Positions 31,603-44,454 are shown, numbered from the stretch's first letter. The stretch: DNA of 64,000 nucleotides from Planktothrix sp. GU0601_MAG3 (GCA_035193785.1 CP136572.1:5076578-5140577); one strand, 5' to 3'. Numbers and translations are program-made. Notes: generated by a model not told the origin, from the sequence alone.

Positions 31603-33577
31603 ATGGCTTCCTCAGACTACTCCTCCGGTTCTCGTTTTCAACGACAGCGTTCTTCTCCTGGTCAGCGTGGGGGAAAAAGAACAGTCATGGGGCGAAAAAG
31701 AACAACCTGGGGAGGTAAAGGTCAAAATTCCCCATCTCGGAATTCAGGTTCTACTCCCTTAGCGAAAAGCCCGATTAATCTTCCCTTTGTAGCCCATCCT
31801 AGAAAGCGCCATCGCTCTGCCCCTGTAAGAGCCAATCGCGGGCGTTTAATATTAGTTTGGTTAGTAATATTAGGGGGAATTTTAGGTCTATCCCTAAATT
31901 TATTTCGTTTACAAATAGGGCAAGAATCTTCCTTTCTCAAAGAACAGGCTTTATCTCAACAACAACAAAAAATTCTACCGTTTGTTCCCAGACGTTCAAT
32001 TACCGATCGCAAAGGAGATATTCTAGCTTTAGATCAGCGAGTTTATACCCTTTATGTTCACCCTAAACTCTTTAAACAAACTCCTAGTGAAATTGCTGAA
32101 AAGTTAGCTCCTGTAATATTGCGAGAAGATTCAACCACCCCACTCAAGAGCGAACTTTTAACACTATTTGGTACATCTCCTAGTGGAATTAAAGTTGCGG
32201 ATTCAATCTCCGAACAAGTAGCAAATCGAATTAATAATTTAGGCTTAGACGGATTAGAACTATTAGAAAGTCGTCAACGACTTTATCCGCAACAGGAAAA
32301 CACCGCAGATGTTGTGGGTCATGTCAATCTTGAAGGTAAAGGTCAAGCGGGAATTGAATATAGTCAGGAAAATTTACTAGAACGCACCATGCCCTCCTTG
32401 TCCTTTCAACGGGCTGCTAATGGTGCTTGGGTTCCTGAACAAATCGCTACGGGATTTATCCCCATTGATGATTTAGAATTAAGGCTAACGATTGACTCCT
32501 CCCTACAACGAGTTGCCCATCAAGCCCTCCAGAAAAGCATTAAAGAATACAAAGCCAAACGGGGAACGGTGATTGTCATGGATGCCACCGATGGCTCCGT
32601 ACTCACCCTAGCCAATGAACCGACCTATAATCCAAATCAATACTATAAATTTGACTTAGAACGGTTTAAAAATTGGGCCTTAACGGATCTTTATGAACCC
32701 GGTTCAACCTTCAAACCCATTAACGTTGCTTTAGCCTTAGAAGCAGGAGTAATTCAACCAGATACTGCTGTTAGTGATGAAGGTCGCATTCAAGTTGGAG
32801 GTTGGCCGATTCAAAATGCCGATGGTTCCGCTAGGGGCGAAATTAATATCAGCGATGTGGTCAAATATTCTAGTAACGTGGGCATGGTGCGAATTATGCA
32901 ACGGATGGAGCCGGAGGTATTTTATGAAGGCTTAAAACGTTTGGGTTTGGGAACAACCATGGGTATTGATTTACCCTTTGCCGCCACCAGTACCCTAAAA
33001 TCCAAAGAACAATTTGTTTCCGCCGCCATTGAACCAGCTACCACAGCTTTTGGCCAAGGATTTTCTATCACTCCCATTCAGTTAGCCCAACTCCATAGTC
33101 TTTTAGCCAATGGCGGTAAACTGGTGACTCCCCACGTTATTCAAGGGTTATACAACAGCAAAAGCCAACTGTATTGGAAATTGCCCCTGGGTGAAACCCG
33201 AACAAGTGTTCTCCTCTGAAACAGCCAATTCCGTTTTAAAGATGATGGAAACCGTTGTCAAAGAAGGAGGAACCGGAACCCGGGCGGCCATAGACGGTTA
33301 TCGGGTGGCTGGAAAGACCGGGACGGCTCAAAAAGCATCGGCGGATGGAGGCTATTCTTCCAACGCCCTAATTACCAGTTTTGTCGGAATTTTAAGTGTT
33401 GACCATCCCCGTTATGTGGTGGTGGCGGTCGTGGATGAACCCTTGGAGGGCCGCGCCGGGGGCATTGTGACGGCACCCATTGTGAAATCGGTTATGGAAG
33501 CCTTAATTCATCTGGAAAAACTTCCCCCCTCAGATATTCCGGCTCCCAATGCTTCGGAAACTCCCCCCGAGCATTAA
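31603..33577 (+). CDS. ftsI: Class B penicillin-binding protein (FtsI/PBP3); apparent frameshift at ~33194
   Basis: RRSITDR.G, G.AGIE, EPGSTFK (SxxK), SSN (SxN), AGKTGTAQK (KTG). Confidence 0.9.
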
Positions 33578-33710
33578 AGAATAAATACCAATCTGTTGAT
33601 TAACTCCAAGGTTCTACGATGTTTAGGGTTGACCAATCACAGATCAACTCTTACACTGATAACTGATTACTGATAACTAATTACTGATTCAAGGGTTTAG
33701 GAGGGCTGCT

Positions 33711-34664
33711 GTGCCAACAAACCAAGACCAAAGGATCTTTGCTATCTTCATGGAAGAGGCGGAGGAGCGTCTCGAAACCCTGCAAATGGGGGTGACAAAG
33801 CTCCCCGCAATTATGGCTGATCCAGACAGGGAAGAAGTAGCCTCTATCTATCGGGCTGCTCACTCTATTAAGGGGGCGGCGGCGATGTTAATGGAGAATA
33901 TGCCCAGTCTTGCCAGTATTAATAAGGTGTCTAAACGCCTAGAAGATTGTTTTAAACTGGTTAAGGACACACCGTTAAAAATTGATGCCACAACTCAAAA
34001 CCTTTATAGTAAGGGGTTTGAGGTATTGAAAAATTTAATTGATCGAGCAGCTAGTCCCGCCGGACTTTCAGAAGAAATAGGGGAGAAAATTCTCAAGGCT
34101 TCTCTACCTGTGTATGATAAGTTGGAAAACCACTTGAAGGACTTGCTCAGTGGTAAGGTGGCTGTGGCAACTCCAACGGCTGTAACTCCAACGGCAACAG
34201 CAACGCCTGCGGTTGCCAATGCGGCTAATCAAGTGATGACGGTACTCAAACCGATGTTACAAGGGTTTAAACAGGCGGAATCCCCGGAAACTCGTAAACA
34301 ATTGGCGGGTTTATGCGCTCGATTAACGAAAATTGGAGTAGGAATTGAACCTTGGCAAACATTAGTGAAAACGGCCCATGGTGCGATCGCCAATCCTAAA
34401 AATTCTTTTAAAGTTTTAGCGACCCCAATTATTAATGAGTTAAAGCAAGGAGCCGAACTCTTACAGGCGGGAAAAGCCAGTAGCATTGCCCCCAGTGCCG
34501 GGTTATTATCCTTGGCGGGTGCCAAAGCCGCCGCTAAACCCGCCGCTCAAGAAATCACAATTCCGGCTGATCCGAAAGAAGTGGTAAAAGTGCTATTAAA
34601 AACCTTTAATAAACAACAATTACAAGCGATCGCTCAGTTGTTAATTAAGCACATTAAATCCTAA
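33711..34664 (+). CDS. Hpt-domain protein (CheA P1-like) with no kinase domain
   Basis: IFMEEAEERLE..., IYRAAHSIKGAAAML. Confidence 0.82.
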   Translation: MPTNQDQRIFAIFMEEAEERLETLQMGVTKLPAIMADPDREEVASIYRAAHSIKGAAAMLMENMPSLASINKVSKRLEDCFKLVKDTPLKIDATTQNLYSKGFEVLKNLIDRAASPAGLSEEIGEKILKASLPVYDKLENHLKDLLSGKVAVATPTAVTPTATATPAVANAANQVMTVLKPMLQGFKQAESPETRKQLAGLCARLTKIGVGIEPWQTLVKTAHGAIANPKNSFKVLATPIINELKQGAELLQAGKASSIAPSAGLLSLAGAKAAAKPAAQEITIPADPKEVVKVLLKTFNKQQLQAIAQLLIKHIKS

Positions 34665-34677
34665 AATCATTAAAAAT

Positions 34678-35410
34678 TTACTCAGCTTGAGGATATTCTT
34701 CCCATAAAGAGGTTGTGGTTCTTAAACTCAGATAATTCCCATTTCCCAAAATAATATGATCTAAAATCGGGATAGACAAAAATTGCGCCCCTTGCAGTAA
34801 TTGGCGAGTTAAATTAATATCCTCTGAACTGGGTTCGACATTCCCCGATGGGTGGTTATGGGAAACAATCACCCGGGTTGCGCCACTTTTTAATGCTTCT
34901 CTGAAAATATCCCGGGGATGGGCGATGGTTTCCGTTGCCGTCCCAATGGTAATCACTTGAGTTCCTAAAAGACGGTGTTTAACGTCTAATAGCAACACCG
35001 CAAAGCGTTCTTGGGGTTGCCACATCAAATCATGGCTTAGGGCGTCTGCGGCGGCTTGGGGGGTCTCAATTACGGATAAATCGGGGGGTTTAGACTGAAA
35101 AACCCGTTTTCCCAACTCAACGGCCGCTAAAATTGTCGTCGCTTTCGCTGGCCCAATACCGTGAATTTGAGTTAATTCGTGAACCCCAATATCTCGCAAT
35201 ACCGCTAAGGGATCTCGTTGATGTTGACTTAACTGATTTAAGATATATTGTCCTAAACCAACGGCGGATAATTTTCCCTTTCCCTGACCTGTTTCCTAAC
35301 AGAATTGCGATCAATTCAGCCGTGGCTAAATTTCTGGAACCAATGGCCATTAGTCGTTCCCGGGGACGCTCATCACTGGGTAAATCGGCAATTCTCAGGC
35401 TATAGGTCAT
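34678..35410 (-). CDS. radC: RadC (JAB domain) protein; apparent frameshift at ~35292
   Basis: [36 protein letters not shown]. Confidence 0.93.
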
Positions 35411-35575
35411 TTGGGTTACACCCCACAACGCGGTATTTATGGTATTAAATTTTACCCAATTTCTCCCATAATTTCAAGTTAAATCGGACTTTAACTCCCC
35501 AGGGGTTAGATGTCTATATCAAATTAGTCTCAGTAATTTTAATTCTAGCGGGTAACAAAAATTCACTTTAACACC

Positions 35576-36419
35576 TCAAGTGATTTCCACCACCTCAACA
35601 GAATCTCCGACCCGAATTGTCCCGGTATTCCTGGGAATAATATTCATACCAAACATCACGCCGCGGGGTTGTTGTCGGAAGGTGGCTAGGGTTTTTAAAG
35701 GTTTCTGTTAATGGGTTACGCTCTCCACTCTTTTGATCGGTTGTTGTTACAATACAACGGCTACAGGGTTTTACTAAATCAAAATAAACCTCTCCAATTA
35801 AAATTACTTTCCATTGATCTTCAATAAAAGGTTGATCGGTATCAATCACAAGATTAGGTCTAAATCTATTCATCGGAATCTCCTGTGATGATATGGAATA
35901 GATTTCTGTGAGTTTTCGGTTTAATTCATTTAAGGAAGCGGTATTAGTTAATAAACAGGGATAACCGTCGGCAAAACTCACTTGATTATTAATATTAACG
36001 GCATAATTAGGATCAACAGATCGAATAAAATCAGGAGATTGTCGCATTAATCTAAACGGGGATTGATCATCAAGTTTTAAAGCACTTTTTAACCAAATAG
36101 CAACTTCATCCCCTTGATCAATCGCAACGGTTTCATCTCTCCAAACTTGTACGGTTTTGGAAGTTCCCGTTAATATAGGTTGCAACTGAAAAGGTTCAAT
36201 ATTTTGATCATCAACGGATAATTCTATTAATTCTCCTAACAGTTGAACTCGAACTTTTGCCAATTGAGGATAAGTTCTCTGGGTGATAAACTGACCAGAT
36301 TGATCAACCCACATAAACTCCCGATCCCAGTCTAACCCTTTCAGGGTGACTTCCCCTTGGTTTAGGGCAATTTTGCCACAGGATTTAATCGGATAGATAA
36401 ACAATTCAACCAGATTCAT
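35576..36419 (-). CDS. MOSC domain protein; apparent frameshift at ~35702
   Basis: IYPIKSC, DREFM, SFADGYP, MNRFRPNLV, KPCSRC. Confidence 0.9.
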
Positions 36420-36733
36420 TAATTATATCTCCACAATAAACTGATTATATCCCTTTCTTATGTTACTGAAATTGCTGGTAATAACACTGAGAAAATCTAT
36501 CCCTGTTGTTTGGATTTTAAATTTTAATAAAAATGATCAGTATTTTTGCTGGCGTTTAGATATTTCAAGTAGGTTACTAAAATTAAAAATACCTATACAA
36601 TCAGGCTTTAAGCTCCTCGACAAAGACCTTATAAATTAAGCCACTTTCAACATCATATCTTTAACACCAATCCACTATAGTGTATTTATCGAAAATAAAA
36701 AAGCCCTAACCAGAACCACCCAGGAGTAAACTT

Positions 36734-37598
36734 ATGAAAACTTCAACACTGAAAAAATTAATTAGAACGACATTGGCCAGTCTTTGTTTAGTATCTGTAA
36801 ATGGTCTTCCGGCGATGGCTGGACAACTTCACAATGGATGGAATTATGGAATTGATTCCTTTACCGATGGCTCTGACAGTGAAGCCTATAATATTAGAGG
36901 AATTGCGATTAAAGAAACCAGCGATAGTGTTTTTGTTGCTCTCACAGGTGGAACACCGATAACGGGTGTGTCTAATTCGGGGGCGGCTGATGGAAATATT
37001 GGTTGGGGAGATTTATTCTTAAATTTCACGGGTAAAAACTTTACAACCGCTAGTAATCAAAAAAGCCTATTAGGAGTTCGTTTTGCGGGAAACCAATGAC
37101 TCCCAAGTTACCACCACCGGACTATATGGAAATGTCGAAGGTGCTAGTGTTACCGGAGTAAATCATGGCTATAGCAGCTTAAAACAGTATTACGATTATG
37201 GATGGGGTCAAACTAATACCCAAGGTACTGACATTGCTACAAAAGCGGCTGCTTACAATTATTTCGGTCAAGGAACAATCCTGAATGTGATTGATTCAGA
37301 GGCCACCAAATTAGGTGGTATTCAAAATCTGTCCGTCGCCGCCTTAACGGGTCAAGGACTTGATTTTGGATTCTTCAAAGCCAATGGAACACAAACCCTT
37401 GGTTTTAGCTTCAATAAAGCCGATTTAGGACTCGCCGATGGCAACTATAACTATATGGCTAGTCTGTCCATAGAATGTGGTAATGATGGCGTTGCTCTCG
37501 CCGGTGGAGTTTCTGTTCCTGAACCCGGTAGTCTGGCTGGTTTAGGGTTGGTTGGTTTAACTGTACTGGGTAGCAAACTGCGGAAACGTCAATCTTAA
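36734..37598 (+). CDS. PEP-CTERM (exosortase-target) surface protein; apparent frameshift at ~37090
   Basis: Signal peptide, WNYGIDSF.DG, ECGNDG, VPEP + TM + basic tail. Confidence 0.88.
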
Positions 37599-37844
37599 TC
37601 TATAGTGCCAGGGAACAGGCAACAGGCAACAGTGGGTTATGAGCAGGTTACAAGGTTTATGATTGTCAAACACCTTAATTAATTGGTAGTGCTATATCAA
37701 AATAGAGGTTGATAGTTGGGTTAATTAGGGTGCAGCTTTGATGCTTTCAATTGATATCAATAAAAAACACTTAAGAGGCTATTCCTAATCAGGAATAACC
37801 TCTTAAACTTTAAATAGGCAATAATTTTAAAAAACCGTTAGCAA

Positions 37845-38400
37845 TCAAGCATTACCCAGGGTGGGAATCTCAACGGAAACCCGAACCTCGATTCTGAAAA
37901 CTGGGTAAATCTAAGCCACTGGGACGGCGACTTTTTTGGGCTAAACGATAGCTGACACTTTGTAATTCCGCATGAAGTTGTTTATTTTCCCGTTGGAGTA
38001 ATTCAACTTTTTCCATCACTTCATTTAGACGTTCTGAGAACTTCTGACGGTATACTCCGGGTAACTCCTGAACGACCTGTTCCAACATTCGAGAACGGTC
38101 TGTTAACTCCTCCACTGACTGTCTGAGTTGATAGGTTTCCGTATCTCGTTCGGCTATTTGTCCTTGATAAAACTTAACTTGCTGCTCCATCTCTTGCAGT
38201 TGTTCCCGCAAGGCCACCATTTGAACTTGATGACGTTCAGAAACCTCCGGGCTTGGTAATAAGTTAGCATCCCCTTTCACCAAACGGAAAAGTTCCTGAG
38301 ATAACTGTTGAATCAACTGCTCCCGCATTTGTAGCTCCTCGTTTAAACGAGCAACTTCAGCGTTTAACTCTTGTGGCGTTTGACTTTTAGCTTGGCTCAC
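37845..38400 (-). CDS. Coiled-coil protein (Npun_F5560-like); apparent frameshift at ~37877
   Basis: QQLSQELFRLVKG, VVQELP.VYRQKF.ERL, ELQSVSYRLA. Confidence 0.75.
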
Positions 38401-38505
38401 GATGACTAACGGCTCCTATAAATTTATTCTGTATATTTACTCTTAAAATACTCTTACTATCCCGAATCGGCAAGAGTGAAAAGAACGGAGTAGAGGAAGA
38501 ACACA

Positions 38506-38533
38506 GTAGAGACTTTCCATGGAACATCTCTAC
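38506..38533. repeat. GTAG-type REP-like palindrome
   Basis: GTAGAGACTTTCCATGGAACATCTCTAC; relatives at 39846-39898 and 54403-54454. Confidence 0.7.
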
Positions 38534-38556
38534 TACTCTCCCCCTGTTTCCTGAAT

Positions 38557-38904
38557 CTATTCAGCCTCTTGAGATTCGGGTTCCGCTTCCGTGGCTTCGA
38601 CGGGTTCGACCGTTACTTCTTCCTTGATAGTCAGATAACGAATTACTTCTTCGCTAATTCGCATAGCTCTTTCTAGGACAGCAATCTGGGCTCCTGGGCC
38701 TTCATAATTCATCTGGACGTAAACGCCTTCCCGATGCTTGTCAATATCATAGGCCAGACGACGTTTACCCCGATTTTGAATTTTGATATTCTGTCCGCCT
38801 TGGTCTTTGAGAATGTTTTCGTATTTGCCAATAGACTGCCCGACTTGCTCATCGTTGAGGTCAGGGCGCAGAATATACATCGTTTCGTAAATAAAAGGCT
38901 TCAT
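38557..38904 (-). CDS. rpsF: 30S ribosomal protein S6
   Basis: [28 protein letters not shown]. Confidence 0.97.
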   Translation of the reverse strand: MKPFIYETMYILRPDLNDEQVGQSIGKYENILKDQGGQNIKIQNRGKRRLAYDIDKHREGVYVQMNYEGPGAQIAVLERAMRISEEVIRYLTIKEEVTVEPVEATEAEPESQEAE

Positions 38905-39060
38905 GCGGTTATTCTCCTTGTGGACAACTGGGCTCCTGGATTCAGAAGCAAGGATCTTTGATTGTATCAGGTTTAGGGTGACAATTCACGTTAATAGTAA
39001 TCGCGCAACCCACAATTAGGACATCAACGGATACTCAAACCCAGAGGGTAAAGTTTTTTT

Positions 39061-39140
39061 TCCTGTTCCCCGTTCCCCGTTTCCGGTGTTCCCTATTCCC
39101 AATCCGTAATTCGTAATTCGTAATTCGTAATTCGTAATTC
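39061..39140. repeat. STRR heptamer arrays (CCGTTCC; AATTCGT)n
   Basis: Directly visible. Confidence 0.85.
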
Positions 39141-39144
39141 CCTA

Positions 39145-39627
39145 TTACCTAACTTGCATATAAACAGCATCAGAAATTGTGGGAATTTCTGCATATTTCC
39201 CAGATAAAGACTGAATCACAGAATAGAAAAATACCGCTAAAAGCCCCAGGAATATCATGTTGTATAGGGTTTCGCCGACAAATCCTTGTAAAAGAACATT
39301 GCCGAATACCTGGAACACTAACGTGCATAAAATCAGCACAATGTCAATCAAAATGGCTTGCATGGTATTAAATCGAATGAAATGGGGAATATTTTCATTG
39401 CGAACCACTAACATATATAACCCTAGGAACACAACAAATCCCGCAAAAGGAATGTATTGATAAAGGAAAATCAAAGGAATAACAGGCAATGTAATAATTT
39501 GTAAAACTGGAAACTGTTGGAATAAAAAGCGTCCAAAGGGCAACCCATCCATTAAAGGCAGTAGATAGGGTAAGGCGGCAAAAATGCGATCGCGTACTGT
39601 CGTGGTTCCGCGCCAAGTCATAACCAA
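39145..39627 (-). CDS. Tic20/Ycf60 family protein
   Basis: DRIFAALPYLLPL, HFIRFNTMQAILIDI, YAEIPTISDAVYMQV. Confidence 0.9.
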   Translation of the reverse strand: MVMTWRGTTTVRDRIFAALPYLLPLMDGLPFGRFLFQQFPVLQIITLPVIPLIFLYQYIPFAGFVVFLGLYMLVVRNENIPHFIRFNTMQAILIDIVLILCTLVFQVFGNVLLQGFVGETLYNMIFLGLLAVFFYSVIQSLSGKYAEIPTISDAVYMQVR

Positions 39628-39692
39628 TTCTCCTGAGTATCTCTTAAACCCAGGATAGCGCAGTCCCAGATATTCGGTGTTAGTTGGTTGTT

Positions 39693-39837
39693 AGGGAATG
39701 GGTTTTGGGTAATGGGTAATGGGTAATGGGTAATGGGTAATGGGTAATGGGTTTTGGGTAATGGGTTTTGGGTAATGGGTTTTGGGTAATGGGTTTTGGG
39801 TTTTGGGTAATGGGTAATGGGTAATGGGTTTTGGGTA
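39693..39837. repeat. (GGGTAAT/GGGTTTT)n heptamer array
   Basis: About 20 units directly visible. Confidence 0.95.
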
Positions 39838-39931
39838 CAGATTTAGTAGAGACGTGCCCGGGCGTGGGCGATGCCGAAGGCTATTAGAGCGTCTATACAA
39901 CTCTACTACAAGTGTAATGCGTAGCACTATG

Positions 39932-40129
39932 TCATTGAACATTAGCGATGCGGAAGCCCATCTGACATTCATACTGACTCGGTTGATTGTTGATGGAGGG
40001 ACGAACCAAATGGCCACAGGACAACTGCCCCCCTCTCCAACGAGGTTGACCGCTTTGGTCGGCTAATAAACATCCCTGACAAACCTGTTCTGAAGCAAGT
40101 ACCTGGTTATCCATCAAAATGACTAGCAT
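39932..40129 (-). CDS. Small Cys-containing hypothetical protein
   Basis: MLVILMD..VCQGCLLADQSGQPRW..L.CG...YECQMGFRIA; GGAGG RBS. Confidence 0.75.
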   Translation of the reverse strand: MLVILMDNQVLASEQVCQGCLLADQSGQPRWRGGQLSCGHLVRPSINNQPSQYECQMGFRIANVQ

Positions 40130-40324
40130 AATGATTCCTCCGACAGACACCCAATTATATTTCTATTCTAAGCCAATATTGGTAAGGGCTTGAGCTAAAT
40201 GAGTCACAACTTAATACAATTTGGGAATCAACCATCAGCACAGTAAAGTTATGATGGAAAATCAGGGATAATCCTAATCCGTTTGCATCGGTGATCAAAT
40301 TGTGTCATTAAGAGGAATTTTATT

Positions 40325-41609
40325 GTGAGTCGGACTAATTTAGAAATCTTATCTGAAACTGATCCCGCCATTGCCGATCTAATTCAGCATGAACTCTATC
40401 GTCAACGGGAACACCTAGAATTAATTGCCAGTGAAAATTTTACCTCGGCGGCGGTCATGGCTGCCCAGGGGTCGATTCTCACCAATAAATACGCCGAAGG
40501 ACTCCCCAAAAAACGCTATTACGGCGGTTGTGAATTTGTCGATGGCATCGAACAATTGGCCATTGATCGCGCCAAACAACTGTTCGGGGCCGCCAGTGCC
40601 AATGTTCAACCCCATTCCGGCGCCCAAGCTAACTTTGCCGTCTTTTTAGCGATGCTGAAACCCGGTGACACGATCATGGGGATGGACTTATCCCATGGGG
40701 GACATTTAACCCATGGTTCTCCTGTAAATGTCTCCGGTAAGTGGTTTAAAGCTTGTCATTATGGCGTTAGTCCAGAAACCGAACAACTCGACTATGACTT
40801 AATTTTAGAACTGGCTAAACAGCATAAACCCCAAATGCTGATTTGCGGGTATTCTGCCTATTCTCGAATTATTGATTTTGAGAAATTCCGCGCCATTGCC
40901 GATGAAGTCGGGGCCTACTTAATGGCCGATATTGCCCATATTGCCGGGTTAGTGGCAACGGGTCATCATCCTAACCCAATTCCCCACTGCGATGTGGTCA
41001 CCACCACGACTCACAAAACCTTGAGAGGGCCAAGGGGCGGGTTGATTTTAAGCCGGGATGCCGAACTGGGCAAAAAATTTGATAAAGCTGTTTTCCCTGG
41101 CAGTCAAGGTGGCCCCCTAGAACACGTTGTTGCTGGCAAAGCTGTTGCTTTTGGTGAAGCCCTGAAACCAGAATTTTCTACCTATTCTGGTCAAGTTATT
41201 GCTAATGCTAAGGCTTTAGCAACTCAGTTACAAAACCGAGGCTTAAAAATTGTTTCCGGTGGCACGGATAATCATTTAATGTTGGTGGATTTACGTTCGG
41301 CGAATCTAACTGGAAAACAGGCGGATAAACTGGTTAGTGAAGTTAATATTACGGCGAATAAAAATACGGTTTCCTTTTGATCCTGAATCTCCCTTTGTCA
41401 CCAGTGGTTTACGCTTGGGTACTCCCGCTATGACCACCCGGGGGATGGGAGAAGCGGAATTTATCGAAATTGGAAATATTATTGCCGACCGTCTGCTAAA
41501 CCCCGAAGATGAAGGGATCGGCGAAGCCTGTCGTCAACGGGTAGCAAATTTATGCGATCGCTTTCCCCTATATCCCCATTTGAGTTTAAAAGTTCCGGCT
41601 TTGGCTTAA
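40325..41609 (+). CDS. glyA: Serine hydroxymethyltransferase; apparent frameshift at ~41370
   Basis: [42 protein letters not shown]. Confidence 0.97.
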
Positions 41610-41806
41610 TAGGATTTCAACGGATTGATTAATTGTTGTTTTTTCAAAGTTAGCGATCGCTCTTAAATTTATTAAAAGTGCGATCGCTTATTTTTTTCTT
41701 AACTTTTTTTTAATGGGTTAGGGATTCAGCCCCTGATTAGGCTTATAATAGAAAAAACGGAAACTATCAGGTGTAGTTTTTCGGTGGCTGAAGCGGAGGA
41801 TACATT

Positions 41807-42517
41807 ATGAAAATCCTATCCACAGCAGTTTTTGGCGCCGCCACAGTGCTTCTACTAGGTTTGGGAGTTACGACTCCAGCCTATTCACAAAATCCTAATG
41901 ATCTTAAACAATTATTAGAAACCCGATTTTGTCCAGGGTGTGATTTGAGAGGAGCTAATTTAAGCGGTGCTCATTTGATTGGTGTAGATTTACGAGATGC
42001 TAATCTTGCCGGGGCAAACTTAGCTAATATCAATTTAGAAGGTGCGGATTTAACCGGAGCCAACTTAACATCTGCAAACCTAGAAGGCGCGTTTTTAAAT
42101 CAGACTGAATTTAATGATGCTAACCTGAGTGGTGCTAACTTAACTAATGCTAATTTGGTTCAAGCTCAATTAGAAGGTGCAAATGTCTTGAATGCCGATT
42201 TAACTGGGACTGAGTTGGCAATTCCTGCCTTGCAGACGGCTAAACTTCCTAGAGGTTCCGCCCAGGATTTAGGAATACCAGAAGAATTAACTATTGGACG
42301 TGATTCTGATAGTTTAGTATTTCCTTTTGGGGGGCCAGAATCCGATCAACCCTTTGCATATAATCAGGAATATTTAGATGCGATGGTGAACCCGAATCTT
42401 CACCCACTTCAACCCATGGAGTCCGATCCTTTTTTCCGCGCAAATGATAATTTTGATCATGGAATGCGAGGAGATGTTCGTCCATCGGGAATAGATGTAT
42501 TAGAGGTCGGTTTTTAA
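41807..42517 (+). CDS. Secreted pentapeptide-repeat protein
   Basis: Signal peptide, C..CDL, A(D/N)LxG repeats. Confidence 0.9.
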   Translation: MKILSTAVFGAATVLLLGLGVTTPAYSQNPNDLKQLLETRFCPGCDLRGANLSGAHLIGVDLRDANLAGANLANINLEGADLTGANLTSANLEGAFLNQTEFNDANLSGANLTNANLVQAQLEGANVLNADLTGTELAIPALQTAKLPRGSAQDLGIPEELTIGRDSDSLVFPFGGPESDQPFAYNQEYLDAMVNPNLHPLQPMESDPFFRANDNFDHGMRGDVRPSGIDVLEVGF

Positions 42518-42669
42518 TCTATGAACCGCATTCGGTGTTGTTGTTTGGCAAAAATTACCGGGACGGGGGAGAAACTCAGAATCGTTTTTTCCCCGTTTGA
42601 ACTTTGCTAGTCAGATAATTTTTCTGTATAATGAACGGAACTGTTTAGTGATGTAAAGTTAGGATAGCC

Positions 42670-43230
42670 GTGACTTCTCCAAGAAATTCATCTCAACAGC
42701 AACCCCAACCCGAAAACCATCCAGCCCTGAGTTCTAGTTATTACACGCTGTTAGGGGTTCATCCCAGTGCTACCCCGATCGAAATTCGGCGAGCCTATCG
42801 GGAACTGAGTAAACTGTATCATCCCGATACGACAACCTTATCAAAAGCGATCGCCACAGCCAAATTTCAGAAACTCAATGAAGCCTACGCCACCCTTTGT
42901 AACCCAGATCGGCGTCAGTCCTATGATCAAAAAATTGGCTATTCTCGATATCATTTGATTCAGGTTCCCACGGACTTAAATCAGCCCTATTCTAAAAGCA
43001 GTCGTTCCAATTCTTCCTCCGCCTATTTAGACCCAACCGATCGTCCCCTTTCCTCTGGAGAAGTTTTTTCCTTATTTCTCATGGGAATAACTTTAATTGG
43101 ATGTGTACTATTAGCAATTATTATTAGTTTAACTCGTTCAAATACGGTTTTACTACCCACTCCAACCCCTGGTTTAATAGTAGCTTTAAATTTTTATCTA
43201 TCCTTACCAATTAAGTTATTTTTGTTTTGA
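42670..43230 (+). CDS. J-domain protein with C-terminal TM
   Basis: YYTLLGV, YHPD, LNEAY. Confidence 0.9.
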   Translation: MTSPRNSSQQQPQPENHPALSSSYYTLLGVHPSATPIEIRRAYRELSKLYHPDTTTLSKAIATAKFQKLNEAYATLCNPDRRQSYDQKIGYSRYHLIQVPTDLNQPYSKSSRSNSSSAYLDPTDRPLSSGEVFSLFLMGITLIGCVLLAIIISLTRSNTVLLPTPTPGLIVALNFYLSLPIKLFLF

Positions 43231-43333
43231 ACTCGGATCATTAATCAGAAATAATCCGTTGAATTTGAAAGAAAATTGGTAAAAAATGCTATAATCAATA
43301 CCTAACATAAATTAGCTTTCCTTCCTATTATTT

Positions 43334-43606
43334 ATGACTTTGCCGAGTTCAGATACACCTTTATATAATCATCCCCTACCCGATATTGAAGAATGGTTGC
43401 GCTCTCATGGGGGTGAACAAGATAAAAAAGAACTCCATTATTGGCACATTGGGAACCAAAATTGGACGGCGGATTTGTGGTTAGAAGTTGACCAAATTAC
43501 AGTCCGTTATATTGGTGCTACAACTAACGGCCAAGATATTCAACGTTCCTTTAAATATTCTCTTCCGCGCCGAGATCTTGAAGCTGCTATATTTGGGGGG
43601 CCTTAA
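43334..43606 (+). CDS. DUF3143 family protein
   Basis: TPLYNHPLPDIE.WL, RSFKYSL.R.D.EAAIF.GP. Confidence 0.8.
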   Translation: MTLPSSDTPLYNHPLPDIEEWLRSHGGEQDKKELHYWHIGNQNWTADLWLEVDQITVRYIGATTNGQDIQRSFKYSLPRRDLEAAIFGGP

Positions 43607-43703
43607 TCAGTTGTCAGTTATCAGTTATCAGTTGTTAATGATTAGTCGTTAATTATTAGTTATTAGTTGTTAGTTAATTGATGACTGCTTAATGATTACC
43701 GAT

Positions 43704-44454
43704 TCAAACTTTGCCGAATCTACGTTCCCGTTTTTGATAAGAAGACAAAGCCAGATGCAATTCCGTATGATCGAAATCAGGCCAAAGGGTATCAGTTACA
43801 TAAATTTCTGCATAGGCGAGTTGCCATAATAAAAAATTACTAATTCGCAGTTCTCCACTGGTACGAATTAACAAATCAGGGTGACAGGTTCCAGCCGTAT
43901 ATAAATGTTGTTCAAACAGAGTTTCATCAATATCTTCCGGTTGAATTAACCCTTGTTTAACTTGAGTTGCAATCTCTCGACAGGCTTTTAAAATTTCTTG
44001 TCGTCCGCCATAATTAGTAGCAATTGTAAAGAGAATCCCCTTATTTTGTTTCGTTTCCTCCATCGAATATTCTATTTTTTCCTGTAGAGATTTAGGAAGT
44101 GCTGCCAAATTTCCGACAAACTGAATTCGCACTTCTTCCTCCATCATTTCTCGCAATTCTCGCATTAAAACCCGCTCAAATAATGCCATGAGAAAATCGA
44201 CTTCCTCTAAAGGACGCCCCCAATTTTCCGTAGAAAAAGCATAGGCCGTTAGTGTCTCCACACCCCAGTCTCGACAACAGCGTAAGACTTCTTTGAGGGA
44301 ATCGACCCCCCGACGGTGGCCCATAGTTCGAGGTAAACCTCGACGCTTCGCCCAGCGACCATTGCCATCCATAATCACAGCAATGTGTTTAGGTAAGCGG
44401 TTTCTGGTCTAAATCTGCGGGTAATTCATATATAACCCTTGTCTTAGCACTCAT
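43704..44454 (-). CDS. uppS: Isoprenyl transferase (undecaprenyl diphosphate synthase); apparent frameshift at ~44401
   Basis: [38 protein letters not shown]. Confidence 0.95.

Noticed and set aside
31448..31762. Pro/Leu/Cys-rich ORF, and the similar N-terminal extension at 52150-52341
   Set aside because: Translation of C-rich STRR arrays.
39691..40066. ORFs 39691-40017 (-) and 39824-40066 (+)
   Set aside because: They run through the heptamer array and REP; the credible gene is 39932-40129 (-).
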